In this document: positions 34,955-44,696 of the stretch, one piece after another
How the letters are laid out: each line of letters begins with the position of its first letter
How positions within the stretch are numbered: the first letter of the stretch is position 1
Assembly (NCBI GenBank): GCA_050250895.1
Contig: JBFWNU010000003.1
Span: 395,302-459,301, forward strand
DNA length: 64,000 nucleotides
Direction of reading: 5' to 3'
Origin: Vulcanimicrobiota bacterium
Lineage (GTDB): Bacteria; Vulcanimicrobiota; Xenobia; Xenobiales; JADMJV01
Made by a program: the position numbers and the translations under genes
The notes under the pieces: model-generated
The model's input: the letters and a program-made list of their open reading frames with translations, nothing else
Told to the model about the DNA's origin: nothing
The model's database searches: none

Positions 34955-36778
34955 ATGGGTCGTCGGGGAATCGCTCTGGTTTCGGTCTTGCTGCTGGCCT
35001 CTGTATTGCTGGCGATGATGCTGGCTCTATATATCGCCGTCAGGGGAGACCTGTTCTTTAGTCAAGCCCACAACCAGAGCGTGGCCGCCCTCTACGCCGC
35101 CGAGGCTGGACTGGCTGACTGCATGATCGCCCTTGAAGGGGCCGACTACAACCTCACCGGGACCCTGACCCAGACTCTTTCCAACGGTGCCAGCTACACT
35201 ATCGAGTTTAACGACACGGCGCCCTTTACCTCGACCCAGTCCGTCAACAACCTGCTCAATCCGGCCGCCCCGGTCGAGAGTTATCGGGGCCCGGCATCGG
35301 TGCCGGCCAGTGCTGCCCTCATCGTCGTCCGGGGGCGCTCGGGCGGGGTCGAACGCGTGCTCGAAGCGGTTGTCTCCCGAGCCCCCGGAGGGCCGCAGTT
35401 GGATGCCGCCGTCCAGACATCGGGAACCCTCCAGCTGGGGGGCGGGATTGATGTCAATGGCATCACCAGCATGACCGATGCTACCCCGGTGCCGGCTGTG
35501 CTCCACTCCAATGCCCCTTCGGGCCTGGGGGTGGCCTGGGACGGCAGTGGCACGGCCAACATCCAGGGCAGCGTTTCCGCTCGCAGCAGCGACAGCGGGG
35601 CCATCGACCTCGGCGGCTACAACCCCAGTGGCGGAACCCAGACCGGAGCGGCCGGCAAGCCCTTCCCGGCCGTCGACATCCCGAGCAGCGTCAGTTCCAA
35701 AGCGGGCACGGGCACCAGCCCGACCTTTGTAGTGGGCGGCGTTACCACCCTCTCCAGCGACGACTTCTATGTGGATGGCGGCGGCAGCACCACGGTCGTC
35801 CAGGGAGACCTGGTCCTCGACGGCGGCAACCTCTATGTTGAAGGGGACCTGGTGGTGAACGGCTCGATCACGGGCGAGGGAAGCGTCTTCGTCAACGGCA
35901 CCACCGAGTTCAAAGGGGATGCCAGCGTGATCGCCAGCGGCGAAAGCAAGGTCGCTCTTTACAGCGAGAAGAGCGTCACTCTGAGCGGATTCGACGGCAC
36001 CGCCTACCTCAACGGGTTGGCCGCTTCCGATCCGACCATCGACAACTATGTGCAGGCCACCACGAATAGCCTGGCCGAACTTCAGGACACTTTCGTAACC
36101 TATGCGCCGGCCGATTTTCTCGAGCAGCCGGGGTCGCCCGGCTGGAATCGCTTCCATGAGGCGCGCCGGGTGCTCGGCGCCGACAACGCCTATGCCGACG
36201 CCACTTTCAACAACTATCCCGAGAATTCGGTCGGCCTCTTGGCTGACGCCCTGCCGGCCGGCACCACAGCCGACTTCTTGCGCAAGAAGCTCGACAACAT
36301 CAATCTGATCTATCACTCGACTCAGGTCGACATTGACAGCGGCGCGCCGACCGCCGCCACGAACGACGAGCTTCTGGCTCGCTGGATGTCTGGCACCCTG
36401 ACCGGCGACTACGGGGGGATTTTCGACGCCATCGTAGTGATGAGTGGTGGACTCACCCCGGACCGGCTCGATGTCGCCAACCAGCTCATCAATATCACGG
36501 ATCAGGTCGACTATGACCGCATCGGCAGCGCTCACTTCCAAGGCGTGATCTACACCCACGGATTTGTCTATGCCGCCCACGAAATTAGCATCGTGGGAGC
36601 CCTCTACGCCAACGGCGACCCCAGCCAGAACTCGGCCACCATCGATGGCAAGACCATCAAACCGGGCGATGTCTATCTGGCCAACGGCACCAGCGTTACT
36701 TTCGTAAAGGAGTTCTTCGACGATACCGGCGCGCTGACGGTCGGCCCCCTGGGTGTGGAATACTGGTTGGCGCGGTGA
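34955..36778 (+). CDS. PilX-like minor pilin / tip-adhesin-like protein
   Basis: MGRRG|IALVSVLLL..ALYAAEAGL; beta-helix-like V.GDL repeats; TACAAT 6 nt before ATG. Confidence 0.8.
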   Translation: MGRRGIALVSVLLLASVLLAMMLALYIAVRGDLFFSQAHNQSVAALYAAEAGLADCMIALEGADYNLTGTLTQTLSNGASYTIEFNDTAPFTSTQSVNNLLNPAAPVESYRGPASVPASAALIVVRGRSGGVERVLEAVVSRAPGGPQLDAAVQTSGTLQLGGGIDVNGITSMTDATPVPAVLHSNAPSGLGVAWDGSGTANIQGSVSARSSDSGAIDLGGYNPSGGTQTGAAGKPFPAVDIPSSVSSKAGTGTSPTFVVGGVTTLSSDDFYVDGGGSTTVVQGDLVLDGGNLYVEGDLVVNGSITGEGSVFVNGTTEFKGDASVIASGESKVALYSEKSVTLSGFDGTAYLNGLAASDPTIDNYVQATTNSLAELQDTFVTYAPADFLEQPGSPGWNRFHEARRVLGADNAYADATFNNYPENSVGLLADALPAGTTADFLRKKLDNINLIYHSTQVDIDSGAPTAATNDELLARWMSGTLTGDYGGIFDAIVVMSGGLTPDRLDVANQLINITDQVDYDRIGSAHFQGVIYTHGFVYAAHEISIVGALYANGDPSQNSATIDGKTIKPGDVYLANGTSVTFVKEFFDDTGALTVGPLGVEYWLAR

Positions 36779-37191
36779 CCAGGAAGGGCTTCAGCCTGGT
36801 AGAGATTCTGCTGGCCCTGGCTTTGGTGGCGGTGGCCATTCTGGGCATCCTTGGGGCTTTCATCGCGGGCGTGCGCATGATGGGACGCTCGAACGAGTTG
36901 ACCCAGGCCACCGAAGAGGGCCGTCGGGTCTTGGAACGCATCAAGCTTAACGTGGCTGCCGGCGGATTTGACTATCTTCCCACCGGCACCTACTTGTTTG
37001 ATGGAGCAACCCCAGATCCGCCCCTGGGAGCCGCCCCGCTCGTCTTTCCCCCCGACCCCTATCCGGGCGACGGTCGTTACGTCATTCGCGTGTCCGGCCG
37101 GGAGTTGACCACCGATCTTCGCGAAGTGAGCGTCGAGGTTCGTTGGGGCGAGACGGGGCGGACTCTGTTGGTGACCCGGATGCGCCGATGA
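36775..37191 (+). CDS. PilV-like type IV minor pilin
   Basis: Class III signal RKG|FSLVEILLAL. Confidence 0.85.
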   Translation: MTRKGFSLVEILLALALVAVAILGILGAFIAGVRMMGRSNELTQATEEGRRVLERIKLNVAAGGFDYLPTGTYLFDGATPDPPLGAAPLVFPPDPYPGDGRYVIRVSGRELTTDLREVSVEVRWGETGRTLLVTRMRR

Positions 37192-37760
37192 GGGGCCATA
37201 CGCTGCTCGAGCTCGTGCTGGGGCTGGGTCTGCTGATCCTCTTGATGGTAACCATGTTCGCCATCTTTCGCCTGGGAGCCAGTGCCTGGAAAAAGGGCGA
37301 GGCTCACGCCGACCTGATGCACGCCCTGCAGATCACCTTGGCCCACTGCACGCGGTCGGTCGAGCAGAGTGTTTACGACGGATTGGCCCTGGACCCGCCG
37401 GGGGCACCGACCGGGCTGTCCCTGATCTCTTCCTGGGACCAGGCCAATTCCGAGTTCGACTTCGATGGAACGGCCGGGGCTCCGGTCTGGCATCGCCACG
37501 TGATCATCTACTATGACGCCGCTCAGCAAGAGGTACTCCAACGCGAGCTGGCCATCCCTCCCACCACCACCGCTGCGCCCCTGGCCACCCTCTCGACCGA
37601 GCGCACGGGAGGCCGCGTCCTGGCCCGAGAAATCACGGCCTTCAACTGCACGCTGGTGGGCCGAGAGCTGACCTTCAACGTGGAAGCACGCAAAAAGCGC
37701 TACGGTTCCAACCAGCCCGAGCTCTTGCGACTGAGCTCGAGCATCGGGTTTCGCAACTGA
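37188..37760 (+). CDS. PilW/PulJ-like type IV minor pilin
   Basis: MRG|HTLLELVLGLG; ATGA overlap. Confidence 0.8.
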   Translation: MRGHTLLELVLGLGLLILLMVTMFAIFRLGASAWKKGEAHADLMHALQITLAHCTRSVEQSVYDGLALDPPGAPTGLSLISSWDQANSEFDFDGTAGAPVWHRHVIIYYDAAQQEVLQRELAIPPTTTAAPLATLSTERTGGRVLAREITAFNCTLVGRELTFNVEARKKRYGSNQPELLRLSSSIGFRN

Positions 37761-37912
37761 GGGCCTGTCAGGGATTGGGATAGGCCCGGTCTTCGCTTCG
37801 AGCGCGTGCGCATCCGGTCCTCGGCTGCGGGCGCGCCTTTCCTGGGAGGTCGCCCGCGCGAGGCATATAGTGTTATGGCAGAATCGGTAGGAGGACGAGA
37901 AGTCTCGATGGG

Positions 37913-37970
37913 AAAAGAAAAAGCCCCGGCTTTCGCCGGGGCGTTAGGTCCAACCAATGCTCATCTCACT
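37913..37970 (-). ncRNA. Candidate small RNA (~58 nt) ending in an intrinsic terminator
   Basis: TAAAGT box at 37977-37982, then AGTGAGATGAGCATTGGTTGGACCTAAC-GCCCCGGC-GAAA-GCCGGGGC-TTTTTCTTTT. Confidence 0.45.
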
Positions 37971-38190
37971 GAGGAAACTTTACCGCCCTGGCGTCACAGA
38001 AGCGTTAAAATGGAGTGGCCTTTCTAAATCAGCCTGCTGAAGGCGCGCGAGACCAAGCTATCGCCAGGTCCGCCATCGGCCTGGTTGATTCCGTCGCAAA
38101 GAGCAAGCTCCGGTTAGCCAACCATAGCGCGTGCTCACCAGCCGTCTTCCGGTTGGAAGTCGCTGGTCAAAGCTCGCCCGCGAGAGATAG

Positions 38191-38220
38191 AAAAAGGGCC
38201 GGTGGTAGGACCGGCCCTTT
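38191..38220 (-). terminator. Rho-independent terminator after the pilin/NPQP operon
   Basis: AAAGGGCCGGT-N6-ACCGGCCCTTTTT. Confidence 0.8.
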
Positions 38221-38223
38221 CGG

Positions 38224-38532
38224 CTAGTGCTGGACTGCGGGGGGCTCAGGCTGAGGGTTGAAGCCCTTCAGCTGGGCTGGGTGGACGAACCCGTTCACGG
38301 CTGGCGGCGGTTCGGGTTGGGGGTTGAAGCCGCGGGTCGACCCGGGCGGATCGGGCTGGGGATTGAAGCCCGCCCGGGCGGCCGGGTGCACGTAGCCGTT
38401 GGCCGGGGGTTCGGGTTGAGGGTCAAAGCCGCGCACCTGGGCGGGGCTGGTGGGCTGTTGCGAGGCGGCCGGCGCGGCCGCCAGGGGCAGGGCCAGGGAC
38501 AGGCCGATGAGCAGGGTAATGACGATTCGCAT
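38224..38532 (-). CDS. Small secreted protein with four GF(N/D)PQP(E/D)PP repeats
   Basis: Signal peptide; RBS AGGAG; repeats visible in translation. Confidence 0.8.
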   Translation of the reverse strand: MRIVITLLIGLSLALPLAAAPAASQQPTSPAQVRGFDPQPEPPANGYVHPAARAGFNPQPDPPGSTRGFNPQPEPPPAVNGFVHPAQLKGFNPQPEPPAVQH

Positions 38533-38542
38533 AGGGTTCTCC

Positions 38543-39259
38543 TTAGTATTGGGGAGCCACGCGCAGGTGGACTCCGTAGTAGCTGGTGCGCGAGCCCGAG
38601 CCGAGCACGAGCTTGAGATTCAGGTCGACCAGCTTGGTGTTGTCGTGGGGGTCACCCTCAGAGGGGTTTTCAGCGGTCAGCTGCTCGGCCCCGTCCTCGC
38701 CGCCGAGGCGGCGCAGGAACTGCACTTCGAAGCCACCCGCGGGGCCGCTGTTGCCGACGCCCGGGATGTCGCTGTTAGGAGCGGCCAGGTTGTGCAAGAC
38801 CACCTTGCGCTTGGCCGCGTCCGAGGGGATAGGGGAGGGCATCAGCGAGCTGGGATGGGGTAAGAAGTCGTGCTCGCTGGCCGGCCAGGGGCGCTCCCAG
38901 CGCACCAGGCTGGCCGTCTTGTCACCGGGCTGGGTCTCGAGGGCGTAGAACACCGTCTTGCTCCATTCGGGAGTGCCGAACTTGCTGATGACCAGTTCCT
39001 GATCCTCGACGGTGCGAGCGGACGCAAACGAGATGCCTTCCGCCTCGGGATGAATCCGGATGCTCGACAGGGCTGTCTCGCGCAGGTCACGGCGCAGCCA
39101 GCGGATGGCCGTTTCGGTATTGCCGCTGACCAGGTAGGCCGAGGTGGTGGCCCGCGAGGCCGAGTTGCCGACGTTGAAGAGGGTGTGCACGGTGAGTGCA
39201 GCCAGCAGGGCGATGAACATGTAGACCATCAATTCGGCCAGGGAAAATCCGCGTCTCAT
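38543..39259 (-). CDS. PilW-like type IV minor pilin
   Basis: MRRG|FSLAELMVYMF; ATGA overlap. Confidence 0.85.
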   Translation of the reverse strand: MRRGFSLAELMVYMFIALLAALTVHTLFNVGNSASRATTSAYLVSGNTETAIRWLRRDLRETALSSIRIHPEAEGISFASARTVEDQELVISKFGTPEWSKTVFYALETQPGDKTASLVRWERPWPASEHDFLPHPSSLMPSPIPSDAAKRKVVLHNLAAPNSDIPGVGNSGPAGGFEVQFLRRLGGEDGAEQLTAENPSEGDPHDNTKLVDLNLKLVLGSGSRTSYYGVHLRVAPQY

Positions 39260-39708
39260 AACTTCCTCCAAACCGGCACCTCGAGCGAGAGCACCTTGTT
39301 GTCTTGCGGCACCACCACGCCGGTCTGGCGGTCGCCGACGTTCTCGCGCCAGCTGATGGTGATGGTCAGCAGGTCTTCGTTGCCGTTGGTGTTGCCGATG
39401 AAGCTACCGTTGGCATAGTCGATGCGCTTGTGAAAGAGCATTTGTTGGGGGCGGCCGTCGACGATGACCTCGACCGGTTCATCCGACTCGCTGGTCCACC
39501 ACGTCGGGGCCGGCTCGCCGTACGGGTGAGCCTGGATTTCGTCGAAGAGGGTCTCGGCCATCAAGATGGCCACCGTTCGGTTGCGCGACTGCACCGCGTG
39601 GCGCGAGCCGCTCGAGAAGACCGAGAGGAAGGTCACCAGGGCGAGGACCGCCACCAGTAGAGCGATGATGCATTCGGCCAGGCTGAATCCTGACTTGGGG
39701 CGCCTCAT
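39256..39708 (-). CDS. PilV-like type IV minor pilin
   Basis: KSG|FSLAECIIAL. Confidence 0.85.
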   Translation of the reverse strand: MRRPKSGFSLAECIIALLVAVLALVTFLSVFSSGSRHAVQSRNRTVAILMAETLFDEIQAHPYGEPAPTWWTSESDEPVEVIVDGRPQQMLFHKRIDYANGSFIGNTNGNEDLLTITISWRENVGDRQTGVVVPQDNKVLSLEVPVWRKL

Positions 39709-42701
39709 TTGTGCCACCCCGCTGCCGAGACTCGGAAGCTGACCGGCGGAGGACCGATGTCGACCGCTTCGCCGCTGTTGAGTTTGTCGCCGTAGCGCAG
39801 CTCCATACCACGCTCGAGCCAGTTGTCGGAGGTCTCCATCGGCAAGTAGAGCGAGGCGCGGTTGAAGTAGGGATAGTAGAGCAGCTGGCGGGCTTTTACC
39901 GAACCGTTGCGGCTGAGCATCGTGCCCACGGTGCGCTCGGCGCCGATGTTGATGTCGCCTTCGGCCAGGAACATTCCGGTGGCCAGGCGGGCGGTGTTGT
40001 GGATGTTGATGTTCTGGCCCGAGTAGACCAGCAGGCCAGAGTATTCGCGCAGGTAGTTGTTCTCGACGATGGTGTCGATGTTGCTGGTGAGGCTGTCGAG
40101 GGCGTCTTTGGCGTCGGCGCTAAAAGCGTCGTCGAGCAGTCCGGTCAAGAAGTCTTCGGCCGTGACCAGCTTGTTGCCGCGGTCGACCAGGTTGTCGGTG
40201 ACGGTGTCGATGACGGTGGCTACCGTGCCGATTTCGGCCGGGGCCACCGCGGCGGCGACTTCTTCCACCAGCTCTTGAATGATTTCTTCGGTGACGTATT
40301 TGACCATACCCTCGATGGCCTGGTCTTTGAAGTCGGAGAGAGCCGTTTCGAAATCGATGTCCGGCAGCGAGATGGGGGCAAACGAGACGCTCGAGAGGGC
40401 AGCCGCGGCTTTGACCGGGTCAAGCTTGGGAGCCATCGGCACGCCACCCTGGCCGAAGGGCCACCAGTCGCTCTGCAGATAGAGGTTCTCGCCCAGCGTC
40501 AGGTTGAGGCTGGTGGTGTAGACGTAGCTCAGCGCGTGGGCTACGGGCACCAGGATGTTCTTCTTGGGCAGGGGCACGGGGGTGGGGATGGGGATGGGGG
40601 GATTGAAGATGGTGGGAGGGATGATGGTGAGCTGGAAAGTGGTGGCAAAGCGCGCGAAGTAGGGGTGGCGCAGGTGGAAGGGGCCGGCCGCTTTGGAAGC
40701 GTTGGGAGCCAGTTCGCTGATGAGGGGATAGAGGATGTCGTGAGCCATCGCCTGGAAGGTGGGGAAGTCTTCGAGCAGCGACGAGACCAGGTCGTCGAGG
40801 GGAGCGCCGGCGTAGATGCCGTAAGGGATGGTCACATCGCCGTCGACCATCAGGGCCGAGGTGATGGGGTGCACTTCGCCGGGCTCGGCGCCGACCATCA
40901 TCGAGCCGAATTCCGAGCTGCCCTGGCATTCGAAGTTGCCGCGCACGATGAGGGTGGCTCCCTCTTCGAGAAAGACGCGGCCGCTGGGTTTGAAGGGCGA
41001 GTCGGGGGTGACTCCGGGAGGAGCCACTACGCGCAGGTTGCCGCTGACAGCCATGACCGAGCCGCGTTGCAGCCACAGGTCACCCTGGATTTCCATGTTC
41101 TTGGTGAAGCGCAGGGTGCGACCGCGGGGCACGGTCCAGCTGGCGCGTGAGGTGAAGGTCGAGCCGAAGTCGAAGAACGGCACGTTGTCTTCGTCGCCGA
41201 AGTGGACCAGGCGCACGCGGGCGACCAGGCGGTTGGCGATGTTCTTGAAGTTGCCGGTAAGGGTGTCGGTGAGCAGGCCCAGCATGTTCTCCATCACAGG
41301 AGAGTAGGCCCAACCGAACTGTCCGTCGGTGCCGCTGGGGTCCTGGGCGCGGGTCTGGGGGATGGGGCTCGAGCCCGAGGCCATCATCGCGTCGACGGCC
41401 GATTCGCCTTGAGCCTGCAGGTCCTTGATGGCGTCGATCTGGTCGTCGTAGTCGTCTTTGGCGTCGTCGAGGTTGTTTTCGGCCTCGATGAGTTCAGCCA
41501 GAGCGGCGTCTTTAGCCGAGCCGGTGGCTTCGTCGTATTTCTTTTTGGCTTTGTCGCGCAGGACGGCGGCCTCGTCGACGGCTTTTTTCAGGTCGTTGAG
41601 TTTCTTGGCGGCCTCTTCGCTGGAGGCCATCAGGCTCTCGAATTCGGAGCTGCTGCCGTAGCCGCCGCTGCCGTCGGGAGCGTAGGGCACGTGGAACCAA
41701 AACTGGAAGAACACGCCGGGAACGGTGGCGCTAAAGCCGGGAATCATCGGCAGGGGGAAGTCCATGGCGGAGTGCAGGCCGAGCACGTTCTCGAGGGTGG
41801 CTCCGCCATCGTCGAAGAACAGGTCGAGAATACCGCCGATGGTCAGTTCGGGACCGGCGATCAGGGCCGTTTTGTCACCCGAGACGGTGCGGGCCTCGAG
41901 GGTGTCGCGGGCCGTTTGGACCTGCGAGAAGAGGTCGTTTTCGTAGGGCTCAAGGGGGAGGGGACCGTTGAAGCCGATGGCTTGACCGTCTTCAATGGTG
42001 ACTGCGCCGGCGCTCGAGTGCGCCTCGCCGTAGGGAAAGTTGTCGACATCGATGTTGTTCTTGGCGCCCACGAAGAGTGGGATACCCGAGTAGCTCTCGA
42101 GGGTGTCGCCTTCGTCCTCGAAGGTGGGGTTGGCCCAGGCGTAGGCCTGCTCGAGGTCGACCGAGCCGTTGGGGGCGTAGACGGCATAGCCAGGAATCTG
42201 GCTCAGCACCAGGTCGTATTTGCGGTTGCCCCATACGCGCAGCGACGAATCCGAAGTCTGGGGAGTGACTTCATAGTAGTCGTGGCCGGGCGCGGCTTCG
42301 ATGGTGCGCAAATCGGGTAGACCGGTCCACTCGTTGGGGTTGCGGTCGAAGAGCTTCTGCCCGTAGGCGGGGGGGATGGGGTCGGCTGCTTCAGGAGTGG
42401 TGCTGGTCATGGCCGCTTTGACCGTAGTGGAAGGGGCGTCGCCCTTTCCGATGGCCTCGCGGATGGCGAACTGCTCGCCCTCGCGGTAACGCAGTTCAGC
42501 TTCGGCCTGGGTGTAGGCGCGCCGAGCAACACTCTGCTGATGATGAAGGGCCAATAGGGACGTTAGGAGAATTCCTATTACGACAAGTGTCATCATGAGA
42601 ACGTTGCCGGAACGGCGCCCGCGTCTTCGTTTCGAATGCGCGGGCAGGGTTGTTATCGAATGACAGCCATCCGGCTGTCCGTGGGGATGGTACATAAGCA
42701 C
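39705..42701 (-). CDS. Large PilX-like protein (start uncertain)
   Basis: RRSG|NVLMMTLVVIGILL; coiled-coil insert; beta-rich C-terminal region. Confidence 0.75.
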   Translation of the reverse strand: MLMYHPHGQPDGCHSITTLPAHSKRRRGRRSGNVLMMTLVVIGILLTSLLALHHQQSVARRAYTQAEAELRYREGEQFAIREAIGKGDAPSTTVKAAMTSTTPEAADPIPPAYGQKLFDRNPNEWTGLPDLRTIEAAPGHDYYEVTPQTSDSSLRVWGNRKYDLVLSQIPGYAVYAPNGSVDLEQAYAWANPTFEDEGDTLESYSGIPLFVGAKNNIDVDNFPYGEAHSSAGAVTIEDGQAIGFNGPLPLEPYENDLFSQVQTARDTLEARTVSGDKTALIAGPELTIGGILDLFFDDGGATLENVLGLHSAMDFPLPMIPGFSATVPGVFFQFWFHVPYAPDGSGGYGSSSEFESLMASSEEAAKKLNDLKKAVDEAAVLRDKAKKKYDEATGSAKDAALAELIEAENNLDDAKDDYDDQIDAIKDLQAQGESAVDAMMASGSSPIPQTRAQDPSGTDGQFGWAYSPVMENMLGLLTDTLTGNFKNIANRLVARVRLVHFGDEDNVPFFDFGSTFTSRASWTVPRGRTLRFTKNMEIQGDLWLQRGSVMAVSGNLRVVAPPGVTPDSPFKPSGRVFLEEGATLIVRGNFECQGSSEFGSMMVGAEPGEVHPITSALMVDGDVTIPYGIYAGAPLDDLVSSLLEDFPTFQAMAHDILYPLISELAPNASKAAGPFHLRHPYFARFATTFQLTIIPPTIFNPPIPIPTPVPLPKKNILVPVAHALSYVYTTSLNLTLGENLYLQSDWWPFGQGGVPMAPKLDPVKAAAALSSVSFAPISLPDIDFETALSDFKDQAIEGMVKYVTEEIIQELVEEVAAAVAPAEIGTVATVIDTVTDNLVDRGNKLVTAEDFLTGLLDDAFSADAKDALDSLTSNIDTIVENNYLREYSGLLVYSGQNINIHNTARLATGMFLAEGDINIGAERTVGTMLSRNGSVKARQLLYYPYFNRASLYLPMETSDNWLERGMELRYGDKLNSGEAVDIGPPPVSFRVSAAGWHK

Positions 42702-43011
42702 ACAACCTTCGCGTGGATTTCCGAGGAGCGACTGTGGCAGGAAGATCCTCGGGTAGTCTCATCATAAATAGGAATGATGTGCTATGCATGTGCTGAGTTT
42801 CACATAGTGAACGGGGCCACATGGGGTTCTGGTGATGGTCTGGGTCAAAAAGAGGACGGCCAAAGGCCGTCCTCTACTGGTTTTTCTAGCTGTCTGCGAC
42901 GTGCTTTTCAGCCGGTCACCTGGCTCGAAAAAGAACCCCTTTCACTTGTCGCCGTCAGGCGAAATCTCGGTGAAGCCGCTCCTTTTCCCAGCGCGCAGCG
43001 CTGCTCCCCGG

Positions 43012-43611
43012 CTAGTATTTTACCGAGCAGCCGTAAGAACGGGTGGTATCTTCGGCCACCGGCTTGCCGGCCATGGCCGAATTCAGGGCGGCGTCGACGT
43101 AGTTGGTCGCCTTGCCGATGTCGCTGGGGTTAGCCGAGGCGATGCTATCGATGGCGCCCTGATAGATCAACTGGCCCTTGGGGTTGACCACGAACATGTG
43201 GGGTGTGGTTTTGGCTCCATACTCGCGCCCTACTTTGCCGTCGGAGTCCAGCAGATAGGCGGTCGAGCTGTTCTTGCGGGAGGTCGACTCTTGCTTGGCC
43301 CCAGCCGCGTCATAATAGCCCTGTTTGCCGGGAGCCGACGAGCAGATGGCCAGCCAGACCACGTCTTTGCCGGTCCAGCGCTTCTGCAGCGACTGCATGT
43401 TGCCCGAGTCGTAGTGCTTCTTCACGAAGGGGCAGCCATAGTTGACCCATTCCAGCACCACATACTTGCCCTTGAAGTCGCTCAGCTTATAGGTCTTGCC
43501 GTCGGTCGCCTTGAGGGCGAAGTCGGGGGCCTGGCTGCCGGTGGACACCTGGGCCGAGGCCGAGGCCGCGCAGACGGCCAACAGTAACAGAGTAGAGAGA
43601 ATTCGTTTCAT
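43012..43611 (-). CDS. Secreted AhpC/TSA thioredoxin-family redoxin
   Basis: [33 protein letters not shown]. Confidence 0.9.
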   Translation of the reverse strand: MKRILSTLLLLAVCAASASAQVSTGSQAPDFALKATDGKTYKLSDFKGKYVVLEWVNYGCPFVKKHYDSGNMQSLQKRWTGKDVVWLAICSSAPGKQGYYDAAGAKQESTSRKNSSTAYLLDSDGKVGREYGAKTTPHMFVVNPKGQLIYQGAIDSIASANPSDIGKATNYVDAALNSAMAGKPVAEDTTRSYGCSVKY

Positions 43612-43691
43612 AGGATAGTCCTCGCAATCGAAAAGGGATTAACGGTCTTGGTGGGACCATCCTTCCACGGTTTTTGTTTCGTGGTTTGGTC

Positions 43692-44696
43692 CTAGAATTC
43701 GGGGGGAGGCGGCGGAGCGCCGTTGGGCGGTCCACCCCCGGGCGGCAGAGGAGGCCGCTCCTGACCGGGACCGCCGGGGGGCGGGCCCGGCCAACCCTCG
43801 TCGCCTGAGCGAGGAAAGCGGCGGGTGTGGGTGGATTGACCCGGCCTCTCACGCGGAGGCGGCGGGGGAAATTGTCCCATGCGAGGTCGCGGTCGGTGAG
43901 GTCCGCCCTCGGGTTGCCAGGCCACCGGAGGAGGCCCGGGGGGTCCCGGCGGCGGCCCCGGGGGCTGGAAGTCTGGGGCCGGGGGCCTGAGCGGCAGACT
44001 CTTGTGAGTCGGGTAAGTCGGGCTGGGCAAGGTCAGTTCAGGATTCTTGCTCGGCACCCTGGGCGGAGTCCAGGACGAATCGCTGCTGGCGATCTTAGCG
44101 TCTGACGGCTCGTCGTCGTGCAGGCGCTGGCGACGCAGGTCGAGCATGCACTGGCTCATGAGCCGCAACACCTGGCGGGGCGGGTTTTCGCCCTGGAGCA
44201 GAGGACCCAGGTTGTCGAGGGCCAGCATCGGTTCACCCTGGTCGAGAAATTCTTTGACTTGCTGAACGTCGGCCGGGTCAAAGGGCTGAGGCGAGGGCGA
44301 CTCGCGGATGACTTCGCGCTGGGGAATGGGCAAGGCGGTGGAGGTCGGAGTGGCCGGCCGCAGCTGCCACGCTCCCAGGACCAGAGCCAGGGTGGCCGCC
44401 GCAATGCCTACCTTCTGCCAGGGCATGGCCGGTTTGGAAGCCAGAAATCCCAGGTGCTCGGTAGCCACGGCCCCAACCGGGCGCGCGCCGCGCCGGAGCA
44501 AGAGTTCGCTCAGCTGCATTTTGAGGTCGGGGTCTTTGTCGGCCTGGAAGACCGCCTCGAGAGGCGTGCGGCCGTTGCGATCGGGGAAGTTCGGGTCGGC
44601 ACCCTGCTCGAGCCAGAAACGCACATCCTCGAGCGTTCCGTTCTCGATCGCGCGGATGAGGGGGGTGGATTCGCTTTTTCGGTCTATCTTCGCCAC
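43692..44696 (-). CDS. Ankyrin-repeat membrane protein with a Pro-rich tail
   Basis: TPLIRA..GADPN..D.NGRTPL; one TM helix; TACAGT 6 nt before GTG. Confidence 0.75.
   Translation of the reverse strand: MAKIDRKSESTPLIRAIENGTLEDVRFWLEQGADPNFPDRNGRTPLEAVFQADKDPDLKMQLSELLLRRGARPVGAVATEHLGFLASKPAMPWQKVGIAAATLALVLGAWQLRPATPTSTALPIPQREVIRESPSPQPFDPADVQQVKEFLDQGEPMLALDNLGPLLQGENPPRQVLRLMSQCMLDLRRQRLHDDEPSDAKIASSDSSWTPPRVPSKNPELTLPSPTYPTHKSLPLRPPAPDFQPPGPPPGPPGPPPVAWQPEGGPHRPRPRMGQFPPPPPRERPGQSTHTRRFPRSGDEGWPGPPPGGPGQERPPLPPGGGPPNGAPPPPPEF

Noticed and set aside
38230-38430. Repeated GGGTTGAAGCC units resembling a CRISPR array
   Set aside because: They are the codons of the GFNPQP repeats, with irregular spacing and no cas genes.
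35027-42320. Long antisense ORFs (35027-36580, 39711-41150, 41202-42320)
   Set aside because: These are shadow ORFs of GC-rich pilin genes and have no motifs of their own.
42702-42830. Possible riboswitch (c-di-GMP) upstream of the pilin operon
   Set aside because: No GEMM-type GGCAAA/GAAA/ACGCAAAG core was found by eye.
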